The notes below the pieces were generated by a model that was not told the origin of the DNA, made no database searches, and saw nothing but the letters and a program-made list of their open reading frames with translations. Source: Oscillospiraceae bacterium (GTDB lineage Bacteria; Bacillota; Clostridia; Oscillospirales; Acutalibacteraceae). From it: a stretch of 64,000 bases of DNA. This document shows, piece by piece, positions 1-9,543 of this stretch. How positions within the stretch are numbered: the stretch's first letter is position 1; each line of letters opens with the position of its first letter. The position numbers and the translations under genes were made by a program. The stretch lies in NCBI GenBank assembly GCA_015065445.1, contig SVQF01000001.1, positions 37,199 to 101,198 of the forward strand, in the 5' to 3' direction.

Positions 1-225
1 GCATTTGCTGCCGATGATCCGTTATCGGTAGTAAACAACCTTTCAACCTTTATTTTCGGACTTATCAGAGCAATCGGACTTATTATCCTCGGCTTTGGTA
101 TTGTTCAGGTAGGTTTATCTCTTAAATCACACGATCCTTCACAGAGGGCAAACGGCTTGCTTACCCTTGCAGGTGGCGTAGTAATTACCTTTGCGAAGGA
201 AATTCTTAACCTTATTACAGGCTAA
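1..225 (+). CDS. Maff2/VirB2-like small T4SS membrane protein, C-terminal part (5' end outside window)
   Basis: Frame 1 is open from base 1 to TAA at 223-225. The translation ...GFGIVQVGLSLKSHDPSQRANGLLTLAGGVVITF... has two hydrophobic segments flanking an HDPSQ loop, as in Maff2-family proteins of Firmicutes conjugative elements. Confidence 0.55.
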   Translation, partial: AFAADDPLSVVNNLSTFIFGLIRAIGLIILGFGIVQVGLSLKSHDPSQRANGLLTLAGGVVITFAKEILNLITG

Positions 226-236
226 AAAATGAATGA

Positions 237-261
237 GGCAGGCACCGATATGGTGTCTGCC
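237..261 (+). other. 10-bp stem-loop directly after the pilin-like gene (intercistronic hairpin, no T-run)
   Basis: ggcaggcacc / ggtgtctgcc pair with one G-U and a 5-nt loop. Confidence 0.3.
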
Positions 262-273
262 ACGATTTAGGAG

Positions 274-1116
274 GTGAACAAATTGGCAAATTGGGTTGTA
301 GATAACCTTGAAAACACACTTGATACTTGGAATACCAAGTTTGACGAAATGTGGAGTTTGCTGACAACTTCACCAAAAGACTTCAAAGGCGGAAGAATAT
401 GGGATGTTATCGTTGATATTAACGGTGCTTTGGAAGCAATAGGACTCGGATTACTTGTCCTGTTCTTCGTTATTGGCGTTGTTAAAACCTGCGGTTCGTT
501 TGCAGAAATTAAACGCCCTGAACACGCCTTCCGACTATTCATACGGTTTGCCGTTGCAAAGATAGTCGTCACTTACGGTATGGACTTAATGCTTTCTTTG
601 TTTAAGATTGCACAAGGTATCATATCTTCGATAATGACTACTTCGGGTGTTTCTCAAAGTGCAGGTGCAACGCTGCCGGATGAAATGAAAACGGCAATAG
701 AAGATTGCGGATTTTTTGAGAGCATACCACTATGGGCTGTCACGCTGATAGGAGGACTGTTTGTAACTGTTCTGGCTTTCATTATGATACTGACGGTTTA
801 CGGCAGATTTTTCAAAATCTATATGTACACTGCTATGGCTCCCATTCCGCTTTCAACCTTTGCAGGCGAGCCGACACAAAGCGTAGGCAAGTCGTTCTTA
901 AAGAGTTACTGTGCTGTCCTTCTTGAAGGTGGCGTTATTGTTCTTGCCTGCGTAATATTCTCCGTGTATGCTTCCTCCCCACCGGAGGTTGATACAAGTT
1001 TGGAAGCTGTATCAATGGTATGGAAATATATCGGAGAATTGGTATTCAATTTACTCGTTCTCGTCGGTGCAGTCAAAATGTCAGACAGAATTATCCACGA
1101 AATGATGGGATTATAA
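274..1116 (+). CDS. VirB6/TrbL-like polytopic conjugal transfer membrane protein
   Basis: 280 aa with several hydrophobic helices, positioned between the pilin-like gene and PrgI/VirB4. AGGAGG at 268-273 suggests the true start may be TTG at 283. Confidence 0.6.
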   Translation: MNKLANWVVDNLENTLDTWNTKFDEMWSLLTTSPKDFKGGRIWDVIVDINGALEAIGLGLLVLFFVIGVVKTCGSFAEIKRPEHAFRLFIRFAVAKIVVTYGMDLMLSLFKIAQGIISSIMTTSGVSQSAGATLPDEMKTAIEDCGFFESIPLWAVTLIGGLFVTVLAFIMILTVYGRFFKIYMYTAMAPIPLSTFAGEPTQSVGKSFLKSYCAVLLEGGVIVLACVIFSVYASSPPEVDTSLEAVSMVWKYIGELVFNLLVLVGAVKMSDRIIHEMMGL

Positions 1117-1136
1117 GTTAGGAGGAAAGATTAACT

Positions 1137-1517
1137 ATGCAAGTACAAGTTAATAAAGAGTTTCGTGATTACAGCGAATCTATATTCTTTGGGCTGAACT
1201 TGCGTCAGCTCATTTTTTCTGCCCTTGCAATCGGTGTAGCAGTAGGTTCATACTTTCTGCTTCGTGACAGATTAAGCACGGAAACGCTTTCGTGGCTCTG
1301 TATTATTATGGCAGCACCTTTTGCAATACTCGGCTTTGTTAAGTACAACGGAATGACGGCTGAAAAGTTCGTTTGGGCATATATCAAGTCAGAATTTCTT
1401 ATGCCAACCGAACTCAAGTTTAAGGGCGAAAACAAATACTACACAATGCTTGAGGAAAGCAATAACAACACAGGAAAGAGAGGTAAGAAGAATGTTCACT
1501 CTAAGAAAAATTCTTAA
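1137..1517 (+). CDS. PrgI-family (VirB3-like) small membrane protein
   Basis: 126 aa with two TM helices. It sits immediately upstream of, and overlaps, the VirB4-like gene. The N-terminus MQVQVNKEFRDY..FFGLNLRQL is typical of the PrgI family. Confidence 0.65.
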   Translation: MQVQVNKEFRDYSESIFFGLNLRQLIFSALAIGVAVGSYFLLRDRLSTETLSWLCIIMAAPFAILGFVKYNGMTAEKFVWAYIKSEFLMPTELKFKGENKYYTMLEESNNNTGKRGKKNVHSKKNS

Positions 1518-3816
1518 AAGGGACAAGACAAAGTTTGTTGTTCCTAAAAGTGTTCAGGATACTATTCCCGTAAAGGAAATATACAAGGATGGAATATTCC
1601 TCGTAGGCGAAAACAGATATTCAAAAACCTTTGCTTTTACAGATGTCAACTACTCTGTTGCAAGCAGAGAGGATCAGGAATCAATCTTTCTCGGCTACTC
1701 CGAACTCTTGAACACTTATGATGACGATGCTACAACAAAGCTCACGATATATAACCGCAGAATTAACAAGGTTGATTTTGAGCAGACAATGATGATTCCG
1801 TATAATCAGGACAATCTTGACGGTTACAGAAAAGAATACAACCAGATGCTTATGGATAAGGCTTCCGGCGCAAACTCAATCGTTCAGGAAAAGTATTTGA
1901 CCGTAACGGTAGTTAAGAACACGCTTGAGGAAGCAAAAAAGTATTTCAGCGATATTGAAACCGAGTATTCTGCAAGGCTCAAAAAGATAGGTAGCAAGCT
2001 TCGTGATTTGGACGCAGAGGAAAAACTCCATATCATTCACGACTTTTACAGAGCAGACAGCGAGGAAAACTTTTCTTTTAACTTTGATGAATACAGAAAG
2101 AAAGGTCATTCCTTTAAGGATGCAATCTGTCCCGACTCATTAGAGTTCAAAAGAGACCATATCCGTATCGGCGATAAATGTGCAAGAGTGCTTTTTCTTC
2201 GTGAATATGCCTCTGCTATTCCCGACAGTTTTGTCTCTGATTTAACCGAGCTTGACAATGATTTAATGTTGTCCATTGACATTGTTCCTATTCCTACACA
2301 CGAGGGAATTAAGCAGGTTGAGAATACCTTACTCGGTATCAATACAGAGATTACAAATTGGAAGCGTAAGCAGAGTTCAAACGGCAACTACGGTGCAGAT
2401 GTTCCTTATGATATGCAGCAGAGAAAAAAGGAACAGGAAGAACTCCTGCACGACCTTCAGGAGCGTGACCAGAGAATGTTTTTCTGTGTTCTCACAATGG
2501 TTATTACTGCTGATACTATTGAGCAGTTAAACATTGAAACGGATACGGTTATAAGAACGGCACAGGCAAAACGCTGCCAGATGGGTAAACTCACATTTCA
2601 GCAGTATGACGGTTTAAGAACGGTTCTGCCTTTTGGTGTAAGAGAGATTGAAACGCTCAGAACACTTACTACAGAATCACTCGGAGTATTTATGCCGTTT
2701 AAGGTTCAGGATATTCAGCACAACAAAGGTGTATATTACGGCTTAAACCCGATTTCTAAAAACCTTATTCTTATCAACAGAATGGAGCTTCTTAACGGCA
2801 ACTCATTTATTCTCGGTGTTCCGGGCGGTGGTAAGTCATTCGCTGCAAAGGGAGAAATTGTTAATCAAATTCTTGCCTCGGATGCTGATGTTATCATCAT
2901 TGACCCAGAAAGAGAATACTCCCCGCTTACAAAGGCTCTCGGTGGAGAAGTTATTAAGATTTCGGCGACATCTAAAAACCATATCAACGCACTTGATATG
3001 AACGAGGACTATGCTGACGGCGCTGATCCTATCGTGCTTAAATCAGAGTTCATTATGTCACTTTGTGAACTGCTTATGGGTGGTTCAGGTGTAGCAGCAA
3101 ATCAAAAGTCAATTATTGACCGTTGTGCCAAGAATGTTTACAGAGATTATGTTGCAAGAGGATATACAGGCAAAACACCTACGCTCAAGGATTTCCGTGA
3201 AGAACTCTTAAGACAGCCCGAAATTGAGGCTCACGATATGGCTCTTGCTCTTGAACTTTTCACAAACGGTTCACTTAACACATTTGCTCAAGATACCAAT
3301 GTTGATACAAACAGTCGTCTTATCTGTTATGACATTCTTGACCTTGGTAAGCAGCTTATGTCAATCGGAATGCTTGTTGTACTTGACAGCATTTTTAACC
3401 GTATTGTTGCAAACAGAGCAAGAGGAAGAAAGACTTATGTTTTCATTGATGAGATTTATCTTCTCTTTGCAAATGAGTATTCTGCAAACTTCCTTTTCAC
3501 TCTTTGGAAGCGTGTTCGTAAGTACGGAGCCTTTGCAACTGGCATTACGCAGAATGTTGAGGACTTGCTCCAGAGCCATACAGCGAGAACGATGCTTTCT
3601 AACTCGGAATTTATTGTTATGCTTAATCAGGCAGCAACGGACAGAATTGAACTCGGCAAACTCCTTAATATTTCAGAGGAGGAGTCAAAGTATATTACCA
3701 ATGTTGATGCAGGTCACGGACTTCTCAAGATTGGTTCATCTCTTGTTCCGTTTGAAAACAAATTCCCGAAGAACTCACTATACAGACTAATGACAACAAA
3801 GCCGGGCGAGGGTTAA
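1492..3816 (+). CDS. virB4: VirB4-like conjugal transfer ATPase (Firmicutes CD1110 type)
   Basis: Walker A is GVPGGGKS and Walker B is YVFIDEIY. The protein is about 775 aa from ATG 1492, which is preceded by a GAGAGGTAAG ribosome-binding site. The ORF track starts at 1450. Confidence 0.9.
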   Translation: MFTLRKILKRDKTKFVVPKSVQDTIPVKEIYKDGIFLVGENRYSKTFAFTDVNYSVASREDQESIFLGYSELLNTYDDDATTKLTIYNRRINKVDFEQTMMIPYNQDNLDGYRKEYNQMLMDKASGANSIVQEKYLTVTVVKNTLEEAKKYFSDIETEYSARLKKIGSKLRDLDAEEKLHIIHDFYRADSEENFSFNFDEYRKKGHSFKDAICPDSLEFKRDHIRIGDKCARVLFLREYASAIPDSFVSDLTELDNDLMLSIDIVPIPTHEGIKQVENTLLGINTEITNWKRKQSSNGNYGADVPYDMQQRKKEQEELLHDLQERDQRMFFCVLTMVITADTIEQLNIETDTVIRTAQAKRCQMGKLTFQQYDGLRTVLPFGVREIETLRTLTTESLGVFMPFKVQDIQHNKGVYYGLNPISKNLILINRMELLNGNSFILGVPGGGKSFAAKGEIVNQILASDADVIIIDPEREYSPLTKALGGEVIKISATSKNHINALDMNEDYADGADPIVLKSEFIMSLCELLMGGSGVAANQKSIIDRCAKNVYRDYVARGYTGKTPTLKDFREELLRQPEIEAHDMALALELFTNGSLNTFAQDTNVDTNSRLICYDILDLGKQLMSIGMLVVLDSIFNRIVANRARGRKTYVFIDEIYLLFANEYSANFLFTLWKRVRKYGAFATGITQNVEDLLQSHTARTMLSNSEFIVMLNQAATDRIELGKLLNISEEESKYITNVDAGHGLLKIGSSLVPFENKFPKNSLYRLMTTKPGEG

Positions 3817-3848
3817 TCCCTTGCCTTTGCTTTATTAAGGAGCGACCA

Positions 3849-4559
3849 ATGAAAAAGACATTAAAGATTATAGTGTTGTTTGTCCTTCTCGGACTGTTTG
3901 CCTTCTGTATGGCAAAGATAGCAACACCGCATATTGAAAGTGAAATACAGGAACAGAAATTTGAGGTTCTTACAGAAAAAACAAAAGACACCGAAAATCC
4001 ACTTGATATGTACCTGGAATTACAGGCACAAAACGAAGACTTTTTCGGTTGGATTAAGATTGATGGAACTCACATTGATTATCCCGTTATGCGAAATTGT
4101 AATGATTTCTATTTACGCCACAATTTTCAAAAAGAGTATTCCAAAAGCGGAACTCCGTATATTTCCGAAGGTAGCGAATACAACCGAGATAATATCATTA
4201 TCTACGGTCATAATATGAAAACCGACACAATGTTTCACGATTTAACAAAGTATGCAGATAAGGACTTTTGTGAAAAGCACAAGATTGTGCATTTTAATAC
4301 GCCTTTTGAGATTGTTGATTATGAGGTGGTGTACGCTTTCAAAACAGTTGCGTATTCAGAATATGGCTTTGATTACTATTCCTATGACGGCTTCTTAACG
4401 GAAGAACAGTTTAACAAATTCAATATTAACTGTGCTTCTTGTGCCCTGTATGATACGGGCAAATCTCTTGAATACGGCGACGAGCTTATTACCCTTTCAA
4501 CCTGTGAATATTCAAGGTACAATGGTCGTTTCGTAATTGTCGCAAGAAAAATGAGGTGA
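3849..4559 (+). CDS. srtB: Class B sortase
   Basis: N-terminal TM anchor, a YGHNMKTDTMFHDL His motif and a TLSTCEY catalytic Cys motif. Confidence 0.85.
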   Translation: MKKTLKIIVLFVLLGLFAFCMAKIATPHIESEIQEQKFEVLTEKTKDTENPLDMYLELQAQNEDFFGWIKIDGTHIDYPVMRNCNDFYLRHNFQKEYSKSGTPYISEGSEYNRDNIIIYGHNMKTDTMFHDLTKYADKDFCEKHKIVHFNTPFEIVDYEVVYAFKTVAYSEYGFDYYSYDGFLTEEQFNKFNINCASCALYDTGKSLEYGDELITLSTCEYSRYNGRFVIVARKMR

Positions 4560-4563
4560 TGTT

Positions 4564-4923
4564 GTGGAAAGATGGTTTACCCTTGAGCAAAGACGAAGGG
4601 TAAAGAAACTAATAACTCAAAAATGTGCGAACTATCAAGATAACAACTGTATTGCTCTTGATTACTATGACGGCTGTCCCTGCATACAGATGATTAACAA
4701 TAAACTGTACTGTAACTATTTCAGAAACGCTGTACTGCCTAATGACAGTTACCTTGAAAAAGAACTTACAGGAAGCATTAGTAGAGACAGATGTGTAATA
4801 TGCGGCAAAGTATTTAACAGGACAAATAACCGTCAGCGATATTGCTCGGATTGTGCTAAAAAAAGCAAAAGAGTTGTCAAGGCAAAAAGTGAGCGAAAAC
4901 GAAGACAAAAACGTGGGCTTTAA
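4564..4923 (+). CDS. Cysteine-rich VLP-type small protein
   Basis: 119 aa with many Cys pairs (CxxxxxxxC, CVICG, CSDC) and a basic tail. Proteins of this kind are common in Clostridial ICE transfer operons. GTG start. Confidence 0.55.
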   Translation: MERWFTLEQRRRVKKLITQKCANYQDNNCIALDYYDGCPCIQMINNKLYCNYFRNAVLPNDSYLEKELTGSISRDRCVICGKVFNRTNNRQRYCSDCAKKSKRVVKAKSERKRRQKRGL

Positions 4924-4927
4924 GAAA

Positions 4928-4970
4928 CCCCGAAACCCTTTATTTGTGCGGGTTTCGGGACTTTGATTTT
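4928..4970 (+). terminator. Intrinsic terminator-like hairpin
   Basis: ccccgaaaccc / gggtttcggg stem followed by a T-rich tract. Confidence 0.5.
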
Positions 4971-5040
4971 GAGGGGTATGTATAGTTTGTTGTCTTACCC
5001 TAAAAAACGGGTTCTAAAGGTCCACGCACGGAGGTGAAAA

Positions 5041-6798
5041 ATGGCAAAAGATATTAAGACTGTTGATGTTGTAAAGGATGGTATTAAAACCGTTGACAAG
5101 GCTTCCATTGGCGTTGAAAGGATTAAAGATACTACCATCAAGATTAAGAATGAGGGCAAGGATGCTGTGAAGTCCGAAGGACAGGAAAACATCAGTTCTT
5201 ATGCTTCATCAAAGGTGGAAACTGTCAGCGAGGGTGTAGCAATAGAAGCAGCTCATCAAACTAAGGAAGCAATCAAGAAAGCACCTGAACGCATCAAACG
5301 ATATAACAGCAGGCGTCAAATCGCCCATGAAAAGTACGAGCTTCAAAAAGAAGTATTTGAAACAGAAAAAAAGGCTTTCAAGGAGGCAAGAGAAAATGTC
5401 AAGCAAGCCATTAAGACCGCTGATAGAACCGGTAATGATATCAAGAAAGCTACCAAGACGGCAAAGAAAGGCACAGAGAAAGTTGTCAAAGAAACCACTA
5501 TCAAAACGGCGCAGGCGGAAATTAAATCAGCAGAAGTCGGTACAAAAGCAACGATAAAAACTGCTGAAACTACTGCAAAAGGCACAGCAAAAGCAACAAA
5601 GGTTACTGTGGAAAGTGCAAAGAAGGCGGAGGTTGCTGCTCGTGAAACAATCAAGGCTTCTGCTGCGGCTCTCAAGGCTGCTATGAAAGCAGCTGTTGCC
5701 GCAGGAAAAGTAGCAGCAAAAGCAATAGAAGAATTGATTGCAGCCATTGCTGAAGGAGGTTGGGTAGTTTTACTTGTAATCGCCGTTGTTGCCTTAATTG
5801 CAGGTATTGTTGCTTCAACATACGGTATTTTCTTTTCTTCTGAGGACTCAGGAACAGGTATTACAATGTCAAGCGTTGTTCAGGAACTCAATATGGAGTT
5901 TCTTGATACTGTTGATGCGGAGAAAAACAAAGGCACCTATGACGAAGTATATATAACGGGTAGTCAAGCAAATTGGAAAGACATTATTGCTATTTATGCA
6001 ATTAAGACCAACACGGATGCTGACAACCCGCAAGAGATAGCAACGATTGATGAAAACAAAAAAGGTATCATATCCGACATCTTTTGGGATATGAATACCA
6101 TAACTACTCAAACTGAAACAAAAACAGAAGAAAAGGTTGAAACAACCACTGATGAAGAAGGTAATGAGGTTGAAACCGTAACAACGATAACTAAAACTTA
6201 TCTTACAATAACCATATCATCAAAATCTGCTGAAGATATGATACAGGAATACGGTTTTACTGATGAACAAAAAGCGTTTTTCTACGATTTAACCGATTCT
6301 AAAAACGACAAGCTATGGAACGGACTTATCTTTGGTATGAACTCGCTCCAGACAGTTGATATATCTGCAATTACCTTTACAAATGAGGAAGCAGGAGAAG
6401 TTCAAAAGAAGGTCGTGTCTATTGCAATCAATTCTTCACAGTACGGCGTTCCGGCTAACAAAGGCTATTGTCAGGCTTGGGTTGCCGATGTGCTTCAAAT
6501 TGCAGTCGGTACAAGAGGACACGCTGCCTCTGCAGTTGATGCAGGAAGAAAGTGGAGCGTATCAAAAGACTGGTCGCAAATTCAAGTTGGTGCAGCAGTT
6601 TACGGATATTCCTCATCACAATGGGGACACGTTGGAATCTATATAGGCGACGGTATGGTGGCTCACAATATCGGTGGAGTCAAAATCGAATCGCTTTCCG
6701 ATTGGGTTAGCACATACAAAGGTGTATGTTGGGGTTGGGAGCAAGGTATAAACCTTTCGGGCAACCCGGAATACGACTCTATTGGTGGCTTAATGTAA
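5041..6798 (+). CDS. T4SS-associated cell-wall hydrolase with a C-terminal CHAP/NlpC-P60-like domain
   Basis: The N-terminal region is Lys/Ala/Thr-rich and coiled-coil-like, followed by one TM helix. The C-terminus has GYCQAWV (Cys) and GHVGIYIGDGMVAHN (His) motifs. Confidence 0.75.
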   Translation: MAKDIKTVDVVKDGIKTVDKASIGVERIKDTTIKIKNEGKDAVKSEGQENISSYASSKVETVSEGVAIEAAHQTKEAIKKAPERIKRYNSRRQIAHEKYELQKEVFETEKKAFKEARENVKQAIKTADRTGNDIKKATKTAKKGTEKVVKETTIKTAQAEIKSAEVGTKATIKTAETTAKGTAKATKVTVESAKKAEVAARETIKASAAALKAAMKAAVAAGKVAAKAIEELIAAIAEGGWVVLLVIAVVALIAGIVASTYGIFFSSEDSGTGITMSSVVQELNMEFLDTVDAEKNKGTYDEVYITGSQANWKDIIAIYAIKTNTDADNPQEIATIDENKKGIISDIFWDMNTITTQTETKTEEKVETTTDEEGNEVETVTTITKTYLTITISSKSAEDMIQEYGFTDEQKAFFYDLTDSKNDKLWNGLIFGMNSLQTVDISAITFTNEEAGEVQKKVVSIAINSSQYGVPANKGYCQAWVADVLQIAVGTRGHAASAVDAGRKWSVSKDWSQIQVGAAVYGYSSSQWGHVGIYIGDGMVAHNIGGVKIESLSDWVSTYKGVCWGWEQGINLSGNPEYDSIGGLM

Positions 6799-6802
6799 TA
6801 AT

Positions 6803-6829
6803 TACGGAGAGAATATCCTTCTCTCCGTA
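6803..6829 (+). terminator. Hairpin after the hydrolase gene
   Basis: tacggagagaa / ttctctccgta form an 11-bp stem. Confidence 0.45.
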
Positions 6830-7138
6830 AAATATAACAAAGAAACTGTATTAGACAAATATAAACAACGGACTTATTTATGGTAAACATCTTGAAAGTT
6901 ATTGTTAATTTTGTTATTATTAATATAATAGCGCAACAAGATGTCGAATATTTTTGATGATAACTTTTTTGTGGTTTGATATTGATAAGCTGAGAATAAC
7001 CAAAGTAAAATAATTATGACAAGACAATCACTACTGTTTGCATTTTCATATACAGTATCCGTTATAGAGATTTTTTCAGCCTTTCGTATATATAAAAGCG
7101 AAGACCAGTGCATATTGCTATACACCGGTCAAGCTAAA

Positions 7139-8038
7139 TTATTTAGTAGTACTCTTTTGAGTAAGCTTGAGTTTGCTTTTTGCGCGAGAACGGAGTTCTG
7201 AGATTTGATGTCCTACTTTTTTGGGATCATTACTGTCTACCTTGAAGAGCTTGTCTGAAATAGAAGCAGTATTAACATATTCGTTAATATTCTTTATTTC
7301 AAACTCTCGTGAAATGTTGTTTAATATCTCATCACAAGCAGCGACAGCTCCCTTATCTAAAAGCAGTGAACAAACATCTCTGTTTTTCATGTTGAGATGA
7401 ACAGTTAAATTCGCAAAAACCTCAGCTGGCTTCAGTGAAAGCACTTCAATTTCCTGAAGAATAGTGTTGCGCTTCAGTTCAGCATCATTTCTCTGCTTTT
7501 CCTTAAGCATTCCAGTAAGTTCTTTTATGGTTTCGTTATCTATAAATGTTTTTTCAGGATTATATGTGTTGTCGGGCGTCATTTCTCCGATTGTGGATGG
7601 TTTATCATCGGAATTCGTATGTACCTCGACTGTTTTGTCAAGCCATACCATCCCGAGATCGATCTCGCGAAGATAGTCGTTAACAACATTAGAGCAGATG
7701 TTGAAAATATACCATGCTTGACCGTTAAGCGGTTTTGCAAATGCCTTTTCAATATTTTCCATTACTTTAGCAAGGCACTCCATTTCAATGTCTTCTCTTT
7801 CATATGAAGAGTTTTCAGTAATAAAACGGACTTTTTCGAGATTTCCGTTCACAACAACACCGTTTTTCTTTTTATGAGTTTTACTCATGAGTACATAATA
7901 CTTTATGTATCTTTCCGTCGCATAAAACATGTTGGTATATAACAACGGGTCTGCCAAGAGTTCTTCCCTAGTAGTAATGCCTTTTTTGGCGATGGTGTTG
8001 AGAGTATTAACAAAGTTGGTGCAATTTTCATTTTTCAT
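7139..8038 (-). CDS. Hypothetical protein (weak sigma-70 region-4-like C-terminus); first gene of the cargo region, opposite strand to the T4SS operon
   Basis: 299-aa ORF. The C-terminal HQISELRSRAKSKLK resembles the sigma region 4 recognition-helix context. No other motif was recognised. Confidence 0.45.
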   Translation of the reverse strand: MKNENCTNFVNTLNTIAKKGITTREELLADPLLYTNMFYATERYIKYYVLMSKTHKKKNGVVVNGNLEKVRFITENSSYEREDIEMECLAKVMENIEKAFAKPLNGQAWYIFNICSNVVNDYLREIDLGMVWLDKTVEVHTNSDDKPSTIGEMTPDNTYNPEKTFIDNETIKELTGMLKEKQRNDAELKRNTILQEIEVLSLKPAEVFANLTVHLNMKNRDVCSLLLDKGAVAACDEILNNISREFEIKNINEYVNTASISDKLFKVDSNDPKKVGHQISELRSRAKSKLKLTQKSTTK

Positions 8039-8062
8039 GATGGTGTCCCCCTTAAGAATTAT

Positions 8063-8090
8063 TGAAAGTGCTTGTTCACTTTCTATACAC
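8063..8090 (+). promoter_or_regulatory. Candidate sigma-A promoter for the 8188 operon
   Basis: TTGAAA (8063-8068), a 16-nt spacer, then TATACA (8085-8090). Confidence 0.35.
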
Positions 8091-8187
8091 CAACATGAAG
8101 TAGGTTTTAGTTTTCGTAAATAGTTGTTATTGTTTGATTAGTTTTTTTAGTTTTTTTAGTTTTTTTTTTGGAAAGGAGGGGTGAAAA

Positions 8188-9531
8188 ATGGAAAACAAAG
8201 ATAATTACCCGTACCTTTGTATAGGTATCTTTTTTAATCTGCTTAATACAATTATTGCCCCTTCACCCTCCCAAAGATTAAAATTACAGGGAGTTAAAAG
8301 TCGTGTCCCCGAAAAGGAATTAATGAAAGAATTGTGTTGGGCGTTAACAGGATGGGATTATATTCGTTCTTTAAACATCCAAGGAAGCGAAGTAACAGCA
8401 ATAAAGCAATGCACGAAGAATAAAACGGCAAATTTTAATTTTGATAGTAGTCAAAAAAGTGGAACAATATGTTCTAGTTTTCGTGAACAATATAAAGACG
8501 AAAATGATTATATGAATCTTATAGAACGTATTACCATACTATTTAACGAAGATATTAAACAAGATAAAAGCGATATTGGATACTTTTTCAAAAATCTTAT
8601 TTGGATTATAAAAAATGATGTCACGATAAATGATGATGTAAAATTTAGGACCACATTCAAGAATGAAGAAGAGATATCAAAGAAAAACATTGGAAACATT
8701 ACTAGTTTAGAAATACAGCCATTTGTTGCTTCAGTATTAAAATATATTCTCACAAAGACCGACAACACAAACGGAGAAAATACTTTTATATCATGGTCAA
8801 GACAAATTGGCTATAAAGGTTCCAAATATGATTTTCGTCTACCGGAAGAAGCTTATGACTTCATTCAAATTGATGTGGATTTTTGTGACTTATCAGAAGA
8901 GTCTTGGCAGCAAGGAAAAAATGTCCAACCTGAACCAAGAGTCAAAAAGCCTGTTGGCTCTAGTCCCACAGTTAAGATCGTGGTCCCTTCGGCTGTCAAG
9001 GGAACACGCGTTTGGGAAAACCTCGGAGAATCATTCGAACAATTATCTGCGGCGAATGATACTGACGAGGTCGGATATGCTAAATGGCAGATTGTACAAG
9101 ATATAAACAACATTTTCTCGGATGTAGCATTGAATTTTTTTACAAATAGCCAAGACTCAGACGATTCCAATTGGCAAAATGAATTTAATAAACATAGTCA
9201 GAGAATACGAAGTGTAGTAAATAAATATATTGCATTTGTTGATTCACTTAATGAAGACCCTAATTTAATAGATATAAAGAAAGAAGTGCTCTTTTTCAGC
9301 TCAGATATTTATCCTATATTTGCAATGTTAAGCGCCCTTTATGCCTACGAAAAAGACGCACTCGAAAAGTCTGGCGAATCAATAGGAAAAGAAGTTCGTC
9401 AATCAAGAATAGAACGAATCCAACGGGAACTTAAGTATGCTGAAAAAAGAGTAAAGAAGCAGGAAACGTCAATAAATGGCATGGTAGCCGCTTATGAACA
9501 CGGTGACGTAAAAAACAGACCATCAATTTAA
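8188..9531 (+). CDS. Hypothetical protein, first gene of VirD4-like module A
   Basis: 447-aa ORF with a strong ribosome-binding site (GGAAAGGAGGGG). No motif was recognised. Confidence 0.6.
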   Translation: MENKDNYPYLCIGIFFNLLNTIIAPSPSQRLKLQGVKSRVPEKELMKELCWALTGWDYIRSLNIQGSEVTAIKQCTKNKTANFNFDSSQKSGTICSSFREQYKDENDYMNLIERITILFNEDIKQDKSDIGYFFKNLIWIIKNDVTINDDVKFRTTFKNEEEISKKNIGNITSLEIQPFVASVLKYILTKTDNTNGENTFISWSRQIGYKGSKYDFRLPEEAYDFIQIDVDFCDLSEESWQQGKNVQPEPRVKKPVGSSPTVKIVVPSAVKGTRVWENLGESFEQLSAANDTDEVGYAKWQIVQDINNIFSDVALNFFTNSQDSDDSNWQNEFNKHSQRIRSVVNKYIAFVDSLNEDPNLIDIKKEVLFFSSDIYPIFAMLSALYAYEKDALEKSGESIGKEVRQSRIERIQRELKYAEKRVKKQETSINGMVAAYEHGDVKNRPSI

Positions 9532-9543
9532 TGGAGGCATAAT

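Noticed and set aside
5343-5747. 134-aa antisense ORF inside the hydrolase gene
   Set aside because: It is a mirror-image artefact of the Ala/Lys/Thr-rich repetitive coding region on the + strand.
6874-7125. 83-aa minus-strand ORF downstream of gene 7139..8038
   Set aside because: It has a GTG start without a ribosome-binding site, lies in very AT-rich sequence, and has an Asn/Ile-rich low-complexity tail.
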